Origin: an uncultured Actinomycetota bacterium
GTDB lineage: Bacteria > Actinomycetota > Actinomycetes > Mycobacteriales > Mycobacteriaceae
Direction: 5' to 3'
NCBI GenBank assembly: GCA_963758115.1
Contig: CAVWUG010000010.1
Coordinates: 136,237 to 200,236, forward strand
Length of the DNA stretch: 64,000 nt
Positions 29,406-42,380 of this stretch are shown here, piece by piece. The position numbers and the translations under genes were made by a program. The notes beneath the pieces were generated by a model. The model did not search any database. It worked only from the letters and a program-made list of their open reading frames with translations, and had not been told where the DNA came from. Position 1 is the first letter of the stretch. Every line of letters begins with the position of its first letter.

Positions 29406-30116
29406 TCAGGGAGAACCGGGAGGTCGCAGGGCTGCGAACTCGTCGGTGACGCGCAACTGGGAATCTGTGAAGCGGTACAACGCCGCTGGGCGCCCGCCGC
29501 TGCGGCCGGACTGCGCGACGGTGCCGGTCGGGCTGATCACGCCACGGCGGGCCAGCACCCGCTGCAGGTTGGTGGTGTCGACCTGATAGCCCAGCGCAGC
29601 ACTGTAGATATCACGCAACGTCGACATCGCGAACGCGGTGGGTGCCAGGGCAAATCCGATATTCGTATAGGACATCTTGGCGCCCAATCGGGTGCGGGCG
29701 TGCTCAACCATCGGGCCGTGGTCGAACGCCATCGGCGGCAGCGCGGTGACCGGGTGCCAGCGGGTGTCGGGTGGAAGCTCCGGAATGGCGGGGGAGGGCA
29801 CCAGGCCCAGGAAGGTCGACGCGATGGTGCGGGTGCCTGGCAACCGATCGGGTTCGGAGAACACTGCGAGCTGCTCGAGGTGGGCGACTTCTCGCAGGTC
29901 AACCTTTTCGGCGAGCTGGCGTCGCACCGAGGTCATCATGTCCTCGTCGTGGTGCAGCCGTCCGCCGGGCAGCGACCACGCGCCGCGCTCGGGATTTTGG
30001 GCGCGCTGCCAGAGCAGAACGCTGAGCTCGGGTTTCTGCGCCTTCGGGCCCGGCCCAAGCCCGCGAACTTGGAACACGACAGCGAGCACCTCATGCGCAG
30101 TGCTACCATTGACCAT
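29406..30116 (-). CDS. nrtR: NrtR-type Nudix-related transcriptional regulator of NAD synthesis
   Basis: N-terminal Nudix-like fold ([25 protein letters not shown]) plus a C-terminal winged-helix part. Divergent from nadA, with a palindrome in between. Confidence 0.8.
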   Translation of the reverse strand: MVNGSTAHEVLAVVFQVRGLGPGPKAQKPELSVLLWQRAQNPERGAWSLPGGRLHHDEDMMTSVRRQLAEKVDLREVAHLEQLAVFSEPDRLPGTRTIASTFLGLVPSPAIPELPPDTRWHPVTALPPMAFDHGPMVEHARTRLGAKMSYTNIGFALAPTAFAMSTLRDIYSAALGYQVDTTNLQRVLARRGVISPTGTVAQSGRSGGRPAALYRFTDSQLRVTDEFAALRPPGSP

Positions 30117-30139
30117 GTTTTCGATTATAAGTCGAAAAC
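30117..30139. promoter_or_regulatory. candidate NrtR operator (inverted repeat)
   Basis: GTTTTCGA-TTATAAG-TCGAAAAC is a perfect 8-bp inverted repeat. It starts immediately after the nrtR start codon (CAT at 30114-30116) and lies 28 nt upstream of the nadA ATG. Confidence 0.6.
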
Positions 30140-30166
30140 CCCTGCCGGGAGGCGAAAGGATCGACT

Positions 30167-31240
30167 ATGGCAGTCGTGAATCGCACCGACGTGCTGTCAC
30201 ACGGGCTGGATGACGACATGACAAATAATCTTGTCGCGGGAATCACCAACTCTCCCAATGGGTTCGGCGGCATCGAAGGCGACGAGCAGTGGGCGGCCGA
30301 GATTCGTCGGCTGGCCGACCTGCGCAACGCGACGATCTTGGCGCACAACTATCAACTTCCCGCCATTCAGGACATCGCCGATCATGTCGGCGACTCGCTG
30401 GCGCTGTCCCGCGTCGCGGCCGAGGCTCCCGAAGACACCATCGTGTTCTGCGGCGTGCACTTCATGGCCGAGACCGCGAAAATCCTCAGCCCGGACAAGA
30501 CCGTGCTCATCCCTGATCAGCGAGCCGGTTGCTCGCTGGCCGACTCGATCACCGTCGACGACCTGCAGGCCTGGAAGGATGAATACCCCGGCGCCGTCGT
30601 CGTCTCCTACGTCAACACCACCGCCGCGGTCAAAGCGCTCACCGACATCTGCTGCACCTCGTCCAACGCCGTAGAGGTCGTCTCCTCCATCGATCCGGAC
30701 CGGGAGGTGCTGTTCTGTCCTGACCAGTTCCTCGGCGCGCACGTACGCCGGATGACCGGCCGCGACAACGTCCACGTCTGGGCCGGCGAGTGTCACGTGC
30801 ACGCCGGGATCAACGGCGACGAACTCACCGAGCAGGCCCGCAGGCACCCGGACGCCGAACTGTTCGTCCACCCCGAATGCGGCTGCGCGACCTCCGCGCT
30901 GTACCTGGCCGGCGAGGGCGCCTTCCCGGATGACCGGGTCAAGATCCTCTCGACCGGCGGCATGCTCGACGCCGCCCGCGCGACCCGTGCCCGGCAGGTG
31001 CTGGTCGCCACCGAGGTCGGGATGCTGTACCAGCTACGCAACGCCGCCCCCGAGGTCGACTTCCAGGCCGTGAACGACCGCGCGTCATGCAAGTACATGA
31101 AGATGATCACCCCCGCGGCCCTGCTGCGTTGCCTCGTGGACGGCGCCGACGAAGTTCACGTCGACCCGCAGACCGCTGAGCGCGCGCGGCGGAGCGTGCA
31201 ACGGATGATCGAGATCGGCCAGCCCGGCGGCGGCGAATGA
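30167..31240 (+). CDS. nadA: quinolinate synthase
   Basis: [42 protein letters not shown]. Confidence 0.95.
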   Translation: MAVVNRTDVLSHGLDDDMTNNLVAGITNSPNGFGGIEGDEQWAAEIRRLADLRNATILAHNYQLPAIQDIADHVGDSLALSRVAAEAPEDTIVFCGVHFMAETAKILSPDKTVLIPDQRAGCSLADSITVDDLQAWKDEYPGAVVVSYVNTTAAVKALTDICCTSSNAVEVVSSIDPDREVLFCPDQFLGAHVRRMTGRDNVHVWAGECHVHAGINGDELTEQARRHPDAELFVHPECGCATSALYLAGEGAFPDDRVKILSTGGMLDAARATRARQVLVATEVGMLYQLRNAAPEVDFQAVNDRASCKYMKMITPAALLRCLVDGADEVHVDPQTAERARRSVQRMIEIGQPGGGE

Positions 31241-32823
31241 ACATCCGCGCGGGCTGGCAGGAGAGCGCCGACGTCGTGGTCATCGGCACCGGCGTCGGCG
31301 GTTTGGCCGCCGCGCTGGCCGCGCACCGGGCCGGCCGTCGGGTTGTGGTGCTCAGCAAAGCGGGACGCAAACCCGGTGGAACGGCCACGCACTACGCGCA
31401 GGGCGGCATCGCGGTGGTGCTGCCCGACAATGACGACTCCATCGAGGCGCACGTCGCCGACACTCTCGCCGCGGGTGCCGGTCTATGCGATCCCGACGCA
31501 GTTACCTCGATCGTCGCCGATGGCTATCGGGCCGTGGCCGAATTGGTCAGCGACGGAGCACGATTCGACGAGGCGGCCGCGGGCGGCTGGGCGCTGAGCC
31601 GCGAAGGTGGGCACTCGCGGCGGCGCATCGTGCACGCCAACGGTGATGCCACCGGCGCAGAGGTGCAGCGCACCCTCGACCACGCCGCCGATACGCTCGA
31701 CATCCGCACCAAACACACTGCGCTGCAACTGCTTCACGACGCGGGATCGGTGACCGGGGTGCTGGTCGCCAATCGGCAGGGGATCGGTATCGTCCATGCG
31801 CCGTCGGTGATCCTGGCCACCGGCGGGCTCGGACATCTCTACAGCGCGACCACCAACCCCGAAGGCTCGACCGGCGACGGGATCGCGCTGGCGCTGTGGG
31901 CCGGCGTCGCGGTGAGCGATATCGAGTTCATCCAGTTCCACCCGACGATGCTGTTCGACGGCTCCGCCGGCCACGGGCCGGGCAAGCGCCGCCCGCTGGT
32001 CACCGAGGCGATCCGCGGCGAGGGCGCGGTTTTGGTTGACAGCCAAGGCAATTCGGTCACCGCGGGGGTACACCCGATGGGCGACCTGGCCCCCCGCGAT
32101 GTAGTCGCCGGCGCGATCGACGCCCGGCTGCGAGCCACGGGTGAGCCGTGCGTGTTTCTCGACGCCCGCGGTATCACCGACTTCAAACGCCGCTTCCCGA
32201 CCGTCACGGCATCATGCCGGTCAGCCGGTGTCGACCCGGTGACCCAACCCATCCCGGTGGTTCCCGGCGCGCACTACAGCTGTGGCGGGGTCGTCACCGA
32301 CGTGCACGGTCAGACCGAACTGGCGGGCCTATTCGCCGCGGGTGAGGTCGCCCGCACCGGGATGCACGGCGCGAACCGATTGGCGTCCAACAGCCTGCTC
32401 GAAGGTCTGGTCGTCGGGGGACGGGCCGGCAGGGCCGCGGCCGCTCATGCGGCCCTGGTTGGACAGGTACGCGCCACGGCCGCGGAGCCGACCGACTGTC
32501 CGTCCTTGGTCCGCACCGACCTGCAGCGGGCGATGAGCCGCGACGCCTCCGTGGTGCGCGACGCCGACGGACTGTGCCAGTTGATCGACGCACTCTCGGC
32601 AGCATCAGGCACCGTCGTCGCCACCCGGGCCGGTTTCGAAGACGCCGCCCTGACAGTCATCGCCCGCGCGGTGGCCGCAGCCGCGCTCGCCCGCGAGGAA
32701 AGCCGCGGCTGCCATCACCGGGCCGAATACGCCGACGCCGCAGCAACTCCGGCGCGCAGCCTGGTCGTCCGGCTGGCCGCCGACTGCAACGCTGAAGTCG
32801 AGGCGCTGGCGGCGGCATCCTGA
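31237..32823 (+). CDS. nadB: L-aspartate oxidase
   Basis: ATGA overlap with nadA. FAD motif [16 protein letters not shown], plus [27 protein letters not shown]. Confidence 0.95.
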   Translation: MNIRAGWQESADVVVIGTGVGGLAAALAAHRAGRRVVVLSKAGRKPGGTATHYAQGGIAVVLPDNDDSIEAHVADTLAAGAGLCDPDAVTSIVADGYRAVAELVSDGARFDEAAAGGWALSREGGHSRRRIVHANGDATGAEVQRTLDHAADTLDIRTKHTALQLLHDAGSVTGVLVANRQGIGIVHAPSVILATGGLGHLYSATTNPEGSTGDGIALALWAGVAVSDIEFIQFHPTMLFDGSAGHGPGKRRPLVTEAIRGEGAVLVDSQGNSVTAGVHPMGDLAPRDVVAGAIDARLRATGEPCVFLDARGITDFKRRFPTVTASCRSAGVDPVTQPIPVVPGAHYSCGGVVTDVHGQTELAGLFAAGEVARTGMHGANRLASNSLLEGLVVGGRAGRAAAAHAALVGQVRATAAEPTDCPSLVRTDLQRAMSRDASVVRDADGLCQLIDALSAASGTVVATRAGFEDAALTVIARAVAAAALAREESRGCHHRAEYADAAATPARSLVVRLAADCNAEVEALAAAS

Positions 32824-32873
32824 TGGCCGTGCCGGCGACGATGCAGAGCGAAGCGACGAGGAGGAGCGGCACC

Positions 32874-33731
32874 ATGTCTTTGTCGCCAAGCGAGCTCGCT
32901 GAGGCTCGCGCCACCATCGGCCGCGCGCTCGACGAAGACCTGCGCTACGGACCCGATGTGACGACACGGGCGACCGTGCCGGACGGCGCCAGAACGACGG
33001 CGTCGCTGATCACCCGCGAACCCGGGATGGTCGCCGGCGTCGACATCGCGCTGCTGGTGCTGGACGAAGTCCTGGGCGCCGACGGATACCGGGTGCTCCA
33101 TCGCGTGGAGGATGGTGCGCGACTGCAGCCGGGTTCGCCGTTGCTGACCGTCGAGGCGCAGACGCTCGGGCTGTTGACCGCTGAACGGACCTTGCTCAAC
33201 CTGGTGTGCCACCTGTCCGGAATCGCCACGGCGACGGCGGCATGGGTCGATGCGGTCGACGGCACCAAGGCAGAGATCCGCGACACCCGCAAGACCCTGC
33301 CCGGCCTGCGTGCGTTGCAGAAATACGCCGTCCGGGTCGGCGGCGGCGTCAACCATCGCCTCGGGCTCGGCGACGCGGCGCTGATCAAGGACAACCACGT
33401 GGCCGCCGCGGGATCGGTGGTCGCGGCGCTGCGTGCGGTGCGGTCTGCGGCGCCGGATCTGCCCTGCGAGGTCGAGGTCGACTCGCTCGAGCAACTCGAC
33501 GACGTGCTGGCCGAGGGCGCCGAGTTGGTGTTGCTCGACAACTTCCCGGTCTGGCAGACCCAGATCGCGGTGCAGCGCCGAGACACGCAGTCGCCGGCCA
33601 CGAAACTCGAGTCGTCCGGCGGGCTTTCGCTGGAGACCGCCGCCGAGTACGCCGGTACGGGTGTGGATTACCTCGCGGTCGGCGCGCTCACCCATTCGGT
33701 GCGGGTGCTCGATATCGGACTGGATGTCTAG
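32874..33731 (+). CDS. nadC: nicotinate-nucleotide pyrophosphorylase (carboxylating)
   Basis: MSLSPSELAEARATIGRALDEDLRYGPDVTT matches the mycobacterial NadC N-terminus. SD GAGGAGGAG lies 8 nt upstream. The 302-aa track ORF is an upstream extension. Confidence 0.93.
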   Translation: MSLSPSELAEARATIGRALDEDLRYGPDVTTRATVPDGARTTASLITREPGMVAGVDIALLVLDEVLGADGYRVLHRVEDGARLQPGSPLLTVEAQTLGLLTAERTLLNLVCHLSGIATATAAWVDAVDGTKAEIRDTRKTLPGLRALQKYAVRVGGGVNHRLGLGDAALIKDNHVAAAGSVVAALRAVRSAAPDLPCEVEVDSLEQLDDVLAEGAELVLLDNFPVWQTQIAVQRRDTQSPATKLESSGGLSLETAAEYAGTGVDYLAVGALTHSVRVLDIGLDV

Positions 33732-33744
33732 GTCTTCTCGCTGA

Positions 33745-34815
33745 TCACCAGCCCGGCGGCGCAGCTCCGCGGCCGAAGCCCCAGGTCGACTGACCCAATC
33801 TCGGCTTACTCGGTTCATCGGAGGGCGGCCGAAAGTCGTTGTGCAGCAACGGTTCGGCGTCTGTGCCTACGGTGATGGCCGAGCAAGGCGCTGCGAATTC
33901 GCAGTCATGACAGTGCGCCGCGAAGGTGGGGTAGATCGTTGGCCAACTGGTCATATCGACCGCCTCGGCGGCTATCAGCATCCCTACCGACGTGATTTCG
34001 TCGCGGCTCCGGCGAACACGAGTACGACGCAGCACGCCGGCGGTGCGCTGCTCGGTTCGGTTCGTCGTATCGCCACGCGATGACCGCGCCGAAACCCGTT
34101 GGTGTTGTGGGAGCGATCGACCGCCGCCGCTGGGCTCGTGTTGCGCAACCGCTTTCGGCATCCGCTTCGTCGCGGACCCGTCGGGTGGATATCTGAGTGG
34201 TCCGGTGGTGCGCACCTCGTTGTGGATCGTTCCGGCGATCTGCACGCCGATGTAGTCGTGCTCGAACGCCCAACAGGCCGCCACCGCCTGCTCGTCGCGG
34301 ACCAGATCGTCGACGTCCTGCCACTCGTCGACGATCTGATGGCAGACCACCCAGTAATCGTCGACGGCGTCGACGGCCACCAGATCGATTCGGCAGGGGT
34401 AGACCACCGGGGAACCGTCGTGCACCTGCAATCCGAACTCGGGGTCGCCGGGATCGTGGACCAGCGCCTTGACATCCAGGTTGATCTTGACCGGGGCGAA
34501 ATCGTCGACGCCGTTCGCCCAAGCGTCATAACAGTCCAGCAGCGCTGCACCCAGAGCGCGCAGCTCGGTCGCGTCGGCCTCATCCAACGAGCGCTCCAGC
34601 GCCTTGTGCACCAATGGCTGCGTGACCTCGTGTTGCCAGTCCCAGGTGCCTGGGTAGTAGTAGACGGACAGCGCGTCCTTGATGGCGCCGGGCAGCGCAG
34701 GTTCGACGAAACCGGCGGATCGCAGGTTACGACGATGCGGTGAGGCGAAATCCCACTGCCGACGACAGCGTTTGAACCGTGTCCGTTCATCGGCGGTGAT
34801 CCGATAGTCGACCAT
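33745..34815 (-). CDS. PD-(D/E)XK-like nuclease candidate with Cas4/AddB-type Cys cluster
   Basis: One N-terminal Cys (FKRCRRQWDF) plus C-terminal CHDCEFAAPC (C-x2-C-x5-C). Central RIDLVAVD. Arg/Ser-rich low-complexity linker. Function inferred only from this pattern. Confidence 0.55.
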   Translation of the reverse strand: MVDYRITADERTRFKRCRRQWDFASPHRRNLRSAGFVEPALPGAIKDALSVYYYPGTWDWQHEVTQPLVHKALERSLDEADATELRALGAALLDCYDAWANGVDDFAPVKINLDVKALVHDPGDPEFGLQVHDGSPVVYPCRIDLVAVDAVDDYWVVCHQIVDEWQDVDDLVRDEQAVAACWAFEHDYIGVQIAGTIHNEVRTTGPLRYPPDGSATKRMPKAVAQHEPSGGGRSLPQHQRVSARSSRGDTTNRTEQRTAGVLRRTRVRRSRDEITSVGMLIAAEAVDMTSWPTIYPTFAAHCHDCEFAAPCSAITVGTDAEPLLHNDFRPPSDEPSKPRLGQSTWGFGRGAAPPGW

Positions 34816-34902
34816 AGGTCTAGCCGTTCACTGTTGGCGGGCGTGAGCTCGAGTCATGCGCGCCGCCGTCGGTATCAGGATAGGCGGGTTGAGCGCGGCG
34901 AT

Positions 34903-35469
34903 CTAGGGGCAAAGTAGACAGCGGGCCGCCGGTTTGGCGGCGTCGAGCGCGACTTGGTCGCCCGCGGTGCGGGATAAGATCAGCGCTCCCTCGATCAACG
35001 AAATCACCGCAACAGCAACACTTTTTGCTTCAGTAGCCGGCCAGCCATCGGCGCGCAGCCGCTCTTCGATGGCCGTGTACCAGCCGGTGAACGCGCGTGC
35101 TGACGCTTCGCGCACCAGTGCACTGGCATTGACCGATTCGGTGGCGATCGGCTCGATAGGGCAGCCGTCGCGCCGGTCGGCGGTCAGCCCGGCGGCCAGC
35201 AGATCAACCCACCGTTCGACGGTGTCCGCCACCGGCAGTCCGCGGGCCAAAAATCCGCGCAGCAGTTGCTCGATAGCAGCGCCGGTGCCGTCGACGACTG
35301 TGGCCGCCAGTTGCTCCTTTCCCAGCGGGAAGTGGTGATACAGCGAACCCGGCCTGACCGCCGCCTCGTCCAGGATCTGGTTCAGCCCGGTCGCCGCGTA
35401 CCCCTGACGGCGAAACAGGGTCGCCGCCGCGTCGATCAACGCGGCCCGGCTGCGGTCTGGTCTCGGCAT
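34903..35469 (-). CDS. TetR-family transcriptional regulator
   Basis: HTH region AALIDAAATLFRRQGYAATGLNQILDEAAVRPGSLYHHFP. Start trimmed to ATG 35469 (MPRPDRSR...). Confidence 0.8.
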   Translation of the reverse strand: MPRPDRSRAALIDAAATLFRRQGYAATGLNQILDEAAVRPGSLYHHFPLGKEQLAATVVDGTGAAIEQLLRGFLARGLPVADTVERWVDLLAAGLTADRRDGCPIEPIATESVNASALVREASARAFTGWYTAIEERLRADGWPATEAKSVAVAVISLIEGALILSRTAGDQVALDAAKPAARCLLCP

Positions 35470-35483
35470 TCTGTTGACAATAC

Positions 35484-35499
35484 TTGAGCGATCACTCAA
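35484..35499. promoter_or_regulatory. candidate TetR operator in the divergent TetR/ADH region
   Basis: TTGAGCGATCACTCAA is a 16-bp palindrome with one mismatched pair. It sits in the 40-bp intergenic region next to TTGACA (35474-35479). Confidence 0.35.
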
Positions 35500-35509
35500 C
35501 AATGTTGCG

Positions 35510-36538
35510 ATGAGGCAGCTGACGTACGAAGAGGCCGGTCGGCACGCGTGGCGCGACGTTCCCGAGCCGGACATCACGCAGCCGCAGCAGGCGTTGGTCA
35601 AGCCACTGTTGGTGGCGTGCTGCGACCTCGACGTCGCCGTCGCGCGTGGCGCAGCGCCGCTGCCGCCGGGCTATGCGGTCGGACATGAGGGATTAGCCGA
35701 GGTCGTCGCGGTCGGTGACGCTGTCACGGGTGTCGCGGTCGGCGATCGAGTTGTGGTGCCGTTTCAGATCAGCTGCGGTGACTGCCGCGAATGCCGCCGC
35801 GGTGTGACGAGTTCGTGCGGTTCGGTTCCGTTGATGTCGATGTACGGGCTGGGTCCACTCGCCGGGCTCGACGGCGGTGGCTTCATGTCCGATCTGGTGC
35901 TCGTGCCGTACGCCGATGCGATGCTGATTCCGCTTCCGGCGACCTTCGACCCGATCGCCGTCGCCTCGCTATCGGACAACATTCCCGACGGTTGGCGCGC
36001 AGTGGGTCCGTTCAAGGCGGAGCTGGCCGGACTCGACCCGGCGGACCGTCGCGTCCTGGTGATCGGCCGGTTGTCGATCGGGCTGTATGCGACCGCCTTC
36101 GCGGCCGCACTCGGCTGCCGCGTCGACTACGTCGACACCGATCCGGGCCGCCTCGAGGCGGCGGAGAAACTCGGCGCGGTCGTGCACGACGCGGCTAAGC
36201 CGGACAAGACGTGGGAGCCCTACCCGGTCACCGTGCAGACCTCCGGCGATCCGGCGCTGCTTAACGCGGCGCTACGCGCGACCTGGCCGGACGGGGTGTG
36301 CACGGACACCGGGATCTACTTCCAGGCGGGCGTCGAAATACCCATGCTGCGGACCTACACCCGCGGCGTGCGACTGGTCACCGGACGGGTCAGCGCCCGG
36401 GCCGTCATCCCAGAGATCCTGGAGTCGTTGGCAGGCGGCTGCGATCTGTCCCCGGTCGTCGAGCGTGTCGTGCCGTGGGAGGACGCACCGTCGGCCTGGT
36501 CGACGATGACGGGTAAGACGGTGTTCAGCCGGGCCTAG
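35510..36538 (+). CDS. zinc-dependent alcohol dehydrogenase family oxidoreductase
   Basis: GHEGLAEVVAVGDAV and a structural-zinc Cys cluster CGDCRECRRGVTSSC. Start trimmed to ATG 35510. Confidence 0.8.
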   Translation: MRQLTYEEAGRHAWRDVPEPDITQPQQALVKPLLVACCDLDVAVARGAAPLPPGYAVGHEGLAEVVAVGDAVTGVAVGDRVVVPFQISCGDCRECRRGVTSSCGSVPLMSMYGLGPLAGLDGGGFMSDLVLVPYADAMLIPLPATFDPIAVASLSDNIPDGWRAVGPFKAELAGLDPADRRVLVIGRLSIGLYATAFAAALGCRVDYVDTDPGRLEAAEKLGAVVHDAAKPDKTWEPYPVTVQTSGDPALLNAALRATWPDGVCTDTGIYFQAGVEIPMLRTYTRGVRLVTGRVSARAVIPEILESLAGGCDLSPVVERVVPWEDAPSAWSTMTGKTVFSRA

Positions 36539-36551
36539 CTGCGCGACGATG

Positions 36552-36571
36552 CGGGCCGGTTCGCCGGCCCG
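36552..36571. terminator. GC hairpin with TTCG tetraloop (repeat copy 1)
   Basis: CGGGCCGG-TTCG-CCGGCCCG, 8-bp perfect stem, between convergent genes. No U-tract. Confidence 0.35.
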
Positions 36572-36609
36572 AGGAGGAGTGCGGCAATCGGGCTAGCTGG
36601 ACGACGATG

Positions 36610-36629
36610 CGGGCCGGTTCGCCGGCCCG
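36610..36629. terminator. GC hairpin with TTCG tetraloop (repeat copy 2)
   Basis: Identical CGGGCCGG-TTCG-CCGGCCCG hairpin in the second repeat unit. Confidence 0.35.
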
Positions 36630-36664
36630 AGGAGGAGTGCGGCAATCGGGCCTAGCTGCAGCGC

Positions 36665-37075
36665 TTAGGCGATGTCGCCGACGAAGACCGCAACGCGGCC
36701 GATCTGCTGGCGGGCCAAGAAGGGCAGTCCGTTGCCGTCGCTGCCGGGGGACAGGACCCGTGGGTTGGTGATGTGGACGTCCTTGCGGATGAAGTGCACG
36801 TCGGCCTCGCCGGCCGCCAGCACGTTCTTCACCCAATCCGTTTTGCCGTGGGCCAGTCCGATCGCCAGCACGCTGCCTTTGCGGTAGGCGGTCACGATGG
36901 TTTCGTACTGCTTGCCGGATGTCCGGCCGCGGTGCTTGATCACCGAGAACGTCGGAAGGTAGCGCGCGATCGGCTTCACCGCCGGGTTCCAGTACTTGGT
37001 TTGGAAGTTCTCAAACCAGACCGGGAAGATCATCGGGACGCCCGGGGCGTTGTTGGGATGGTCCTTTCGGGACAT
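36665..37075 (-). CDS. deazaflavin (F420)-dependent nitroreductase family protein
   Basis: [46 protein letters not shown] resembles the F420H2-dependent reductase family. Start trimmed to ATG 37075 to avoid overlap with the hisD leader. Confidence 0.75.
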   Translation of the reverse strand: MSRKDHPNNAPGVPMIFPVWFENFQTKYWNPAVKPIARYLPTFSVIKHRGRTSGKQYETIVTAYRKGSVLAIGLAHGKTDWVKNVLAAGEADVHFIRKDVHITNPRVLSPGSDGNGLPFLARQQIGRVAVFVGDIA

Positions 37076-37161
37076 GGCGACTCCGTTTCCGTGAAGTGCG
37101 GTCACTGTACCGGTCCGATATGCAGTTGCTCTGTTCTGGGACAATGGTTGACGTGACTGTG

Positions 37162-40215
<3,054 letters not shown>

Positions 40216-40219
<4 letters not shown>

Positions 40220-40836
40220 CGGCAAAATCCGTCGTGGTGCTGGACTATGGCTCTGGCAACCTGCGGTCCGCGCAACGTGCGCTGCAGCGGACGGGCGCCG
40301 TCGTGGAGGTGACCGCCGACCTCGAAAAAGCATCCGCCGCAGACGGACTGGTGGTGCCGGGCGTCGGCGCCTTCGAGGCGTGCATGAACGGGCTGCGGGG
40401 GATAGCCGGCGAGCGGGTCATCGCCGAGCGCATCGCTGCCGGGCGACCGGTGCTGGGCGTGTGCGTTGGAATGCAGATCCTGTTCGCCCGCGGCGTCGAA
40501 TTCGGCGTGGAGAGCACCGGCTGCGGCCAATGGTCCGGTGCGGTCACCCGACTGGACGCGCCGGTGATCCCGCACATGGGCTGGAATGTGGTGGCGGCTG
40601 CGCCGGGCAGTGCGCTGTTCAAAGGGTTGGACGCCGACGCGCGGTTCTACTTCGTGCACTCCTATGCCGCCCAACGGTGGGAAGACGGACCCGAGGCGCT
40701 GCTCACCTGGGCCACCCACGGGGTACCGTTCCTGGCCGCGGTCGAGGACGGGCCGCTGGCCGCGACCCAGTTCCACCCGGAAAAGAGTGGGGATGCCGGG
40801 GCGGCCGTGTTGAGCAACTGGGTTGAAGGGTTGTGA
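40216..40836 (+). CDS. hisH: imidazole glycerol phosphate synthase, glutamine amidotransferase subunit
   Basis: GTGA overlap. [28 protein letters not shown]. Confidence 0.95.
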
Positions 40837-40837
40837 C

Positions 40838-41572
40838 GTGTCATTGATTTTGTTGCCCGCTGTCGACGTGGTCGAAGGGCGGGCGGTACGCCTGGTACAG
40901 GGCAAAGCCGGCAGCGAAACCGAGTACGGCTCAGCGCTGGACGCCGCGCTGACGTGGCAACGCGACGGCGCCGAGTGGGTGCATCTGGTCGACCTCGACG
41001 CGGCGTTCGGTCGCGGCTCCAATCGCGAGTTGTTGGCCGAGGTCGTCGGAAAGCTCGACGTCCAGGTCGAACTCTCCGGTGGTATTCGCGACGACGACTC
41101 GCTGGCGGCCGCGCTGGCCACCGGCTGCGCGCGGGTCAACGTCGGCACCGCGGCCCTGGAGAACCCGCAGTGGTGCGCACGAGCGATCGCTGAGCACGGC
41201 GAGAAGGTTGCGGTCGGCCTCGACGTGCAGATCGTCGACGGCGATCATCGGCTCCGAGGCCGCGGCTGGGAGACCGACGGCGGCGACCTGTGGGACGTAC
41301 TCGAACGTCTTGACGGCGAAGGCTGTTCGCGCTTCGTCGTCACCGACGTCACCAAGGACGGCACCTTGACCGGGCCCAACCTCGACTTGCTGCGAGCCGT
41401 CGCGGAGCGAACCGACACCCCGGTGATCGCCTCCGGCGGTGTCTCCAGCCTCGACGACCTGCGCGCCATCGCCACGCTGACCAGCAGCGGCGTCGAGGGC
41501 GCGATCGTCGGCAAGGCGCTCTACGCAGAACGATTCACGTTGCCGCAGGCGCTCGCCGCGGTGGCGGGCTAG
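40838..41572 (+). CDS. priA: bifunctional phosphoribosyl isomerase (HisA/TrpF-type PriA)
   Basis: [20 protein letters not shown]... is colinear with actinobacterial PriA. GTG 40838 lies 1 nt after the hisH stop. No trpF is present in the trp cluster of this window. Confidence 0.92.
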   Translation: MSLILLPAVDVVEGRAVRLVQGKAGSETEYGSALDAALTWQRDGAEWVHLVDLDAAFGRGSNRELLAEVVGKLDVQVELSGGIRDDDSLAAALATGCARVNVGTAALENPQWCARAIAEHGEKVAVGLDVQIVDGDHRLRGRGWETDGGDLWDVLERLDGEGCSRFVVTDVTKDGTLTGPNLDLLRAVAERTDTPVIASGGVSSLDDLRAIATLTSSGVEGAIVGKALYAERFTLPQALAAVAG

Positions 41573-41579
41573 GGCCACA

Positions 41580-42380
41580 ATGGATCTCGACGCACTGGTG
41601 GCCGAGGCGTCGGCGATCCTCGATACGGCCGCGAGACCGTTCGTCGCCGGCCACCGGGCCGACTCTGCGGTCAGCAAGCGAGGCGACGACTTCGCCACCA
41701 CAGTCGATCTGGCCATCGAACGCCAAGTGGTCGACGCGCTGGTGTCGGCGACCGGAATCCCGGTGCACGGCGAAGAATTCGGCGGGGCGGACCTCGACTC
41801 ACCATGGGTCTGGGTGCTCGATCCGGTCGACGGCACATTCAACTACGCCGCCGGACTGCCGATGGCAGCGATTCTGCTCGGCCTGCTCCGTGACGGGAAA
41901 CCAGTCGCGGGGTTGACCTGGCTACCTTTCATGAATGAGCGCTACACCGCGGTCGAGGGCGGGCCGGTGCTGAAAAACGGTGTGCCGCAGCCGCCGTTGG
42001 CCAAAGCCGATCTCAACCAGGCGATCATCGGCGTCGCGACCTTCAACGCCGACTCACGCGGGCGATTCCCCGGACGGTATCGGGTGGCGGTGCTCGAAGA
42101 GCTCAGCCGGGTCTCGTCGCGGATGCGGATGCACGGCGCCACCGGCATCGACCTCGCCTACGTTGCCGACGGGGTGCTCGGCGGCTCCATCAGTTTCGGT
42201 GACCATGTGTGGGACCACGCCGCCGGCGTGGCGCTGGTACGCGCGGCGGGCGGCGTCGTCACCACGCTGGCCGGCGACGAGTGGACCCTCGAATCGCGGT
42301 CGGCATTGGCGGCCGCCCCCGGTGTGCACGACCAGTTGCTCGAGATGCTGCGCGGAGTAGGACAACCCGATGAGTACTGA
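41580..42380 (+). CDS. impA: inositol monophosphatase family protein (ImpA-like)
   Basis: HGEEFG and [12 protein letters not shown] metal-binding motifs. Embedded in the his operon, as Rv1604 is. Confidence 0.85.
   Translation: MDLDALVAEASAILDTAARPFVAGHRADSAVSKRGDDFATTVDLAIERQVVDALVSATGIPVHGEEFGGADLDSPWVWVLDPVDGTFNYAAGLPMAAILLGLLRDGKPVAGLTWLPFMNERYTAVEGGPVLKNGVPQPPLAKADLNQAIIGVATFNADSRGRFPGRYRVAVLEELSRVSSRMRMHGATGIDLAYVADGVLGGSISFGDHVWDHAAGVALVRAAGGVVTTLAGDEWTLESRSALAAAPGVHDQLLEMLRGVGQPDEY

Larger units (their letters stand above)
36535..36664. repeat. 58-bp tandem repeat, 2 full copies plus a 13-nt partial (MIRU/VNTR-like)
   Basis: Copies 36535-36592 and 36593-36650 differ at only 2 of 58 positions (cgc versus gac). 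A third copy starts at 36652. Every unit begins CTAGCTG, and the first supplies the ADH stop codon. Confidence 0.85.

Noticed and set aside
36535-36664. CRISPR array (also considered for the repeats at 61431-61577).
   Set aside because: The repeats are directly abutting with no unique spacers. One set lies inside a CDS in frame, and no cas genes are present.
37076-37161. His-operon leader: attenuator peptide or T-box upstream of hisD.
   Set aside because: There is no run of His codons and no recognisable T-box specifier/terminator arrangement in the 86-nt gap.
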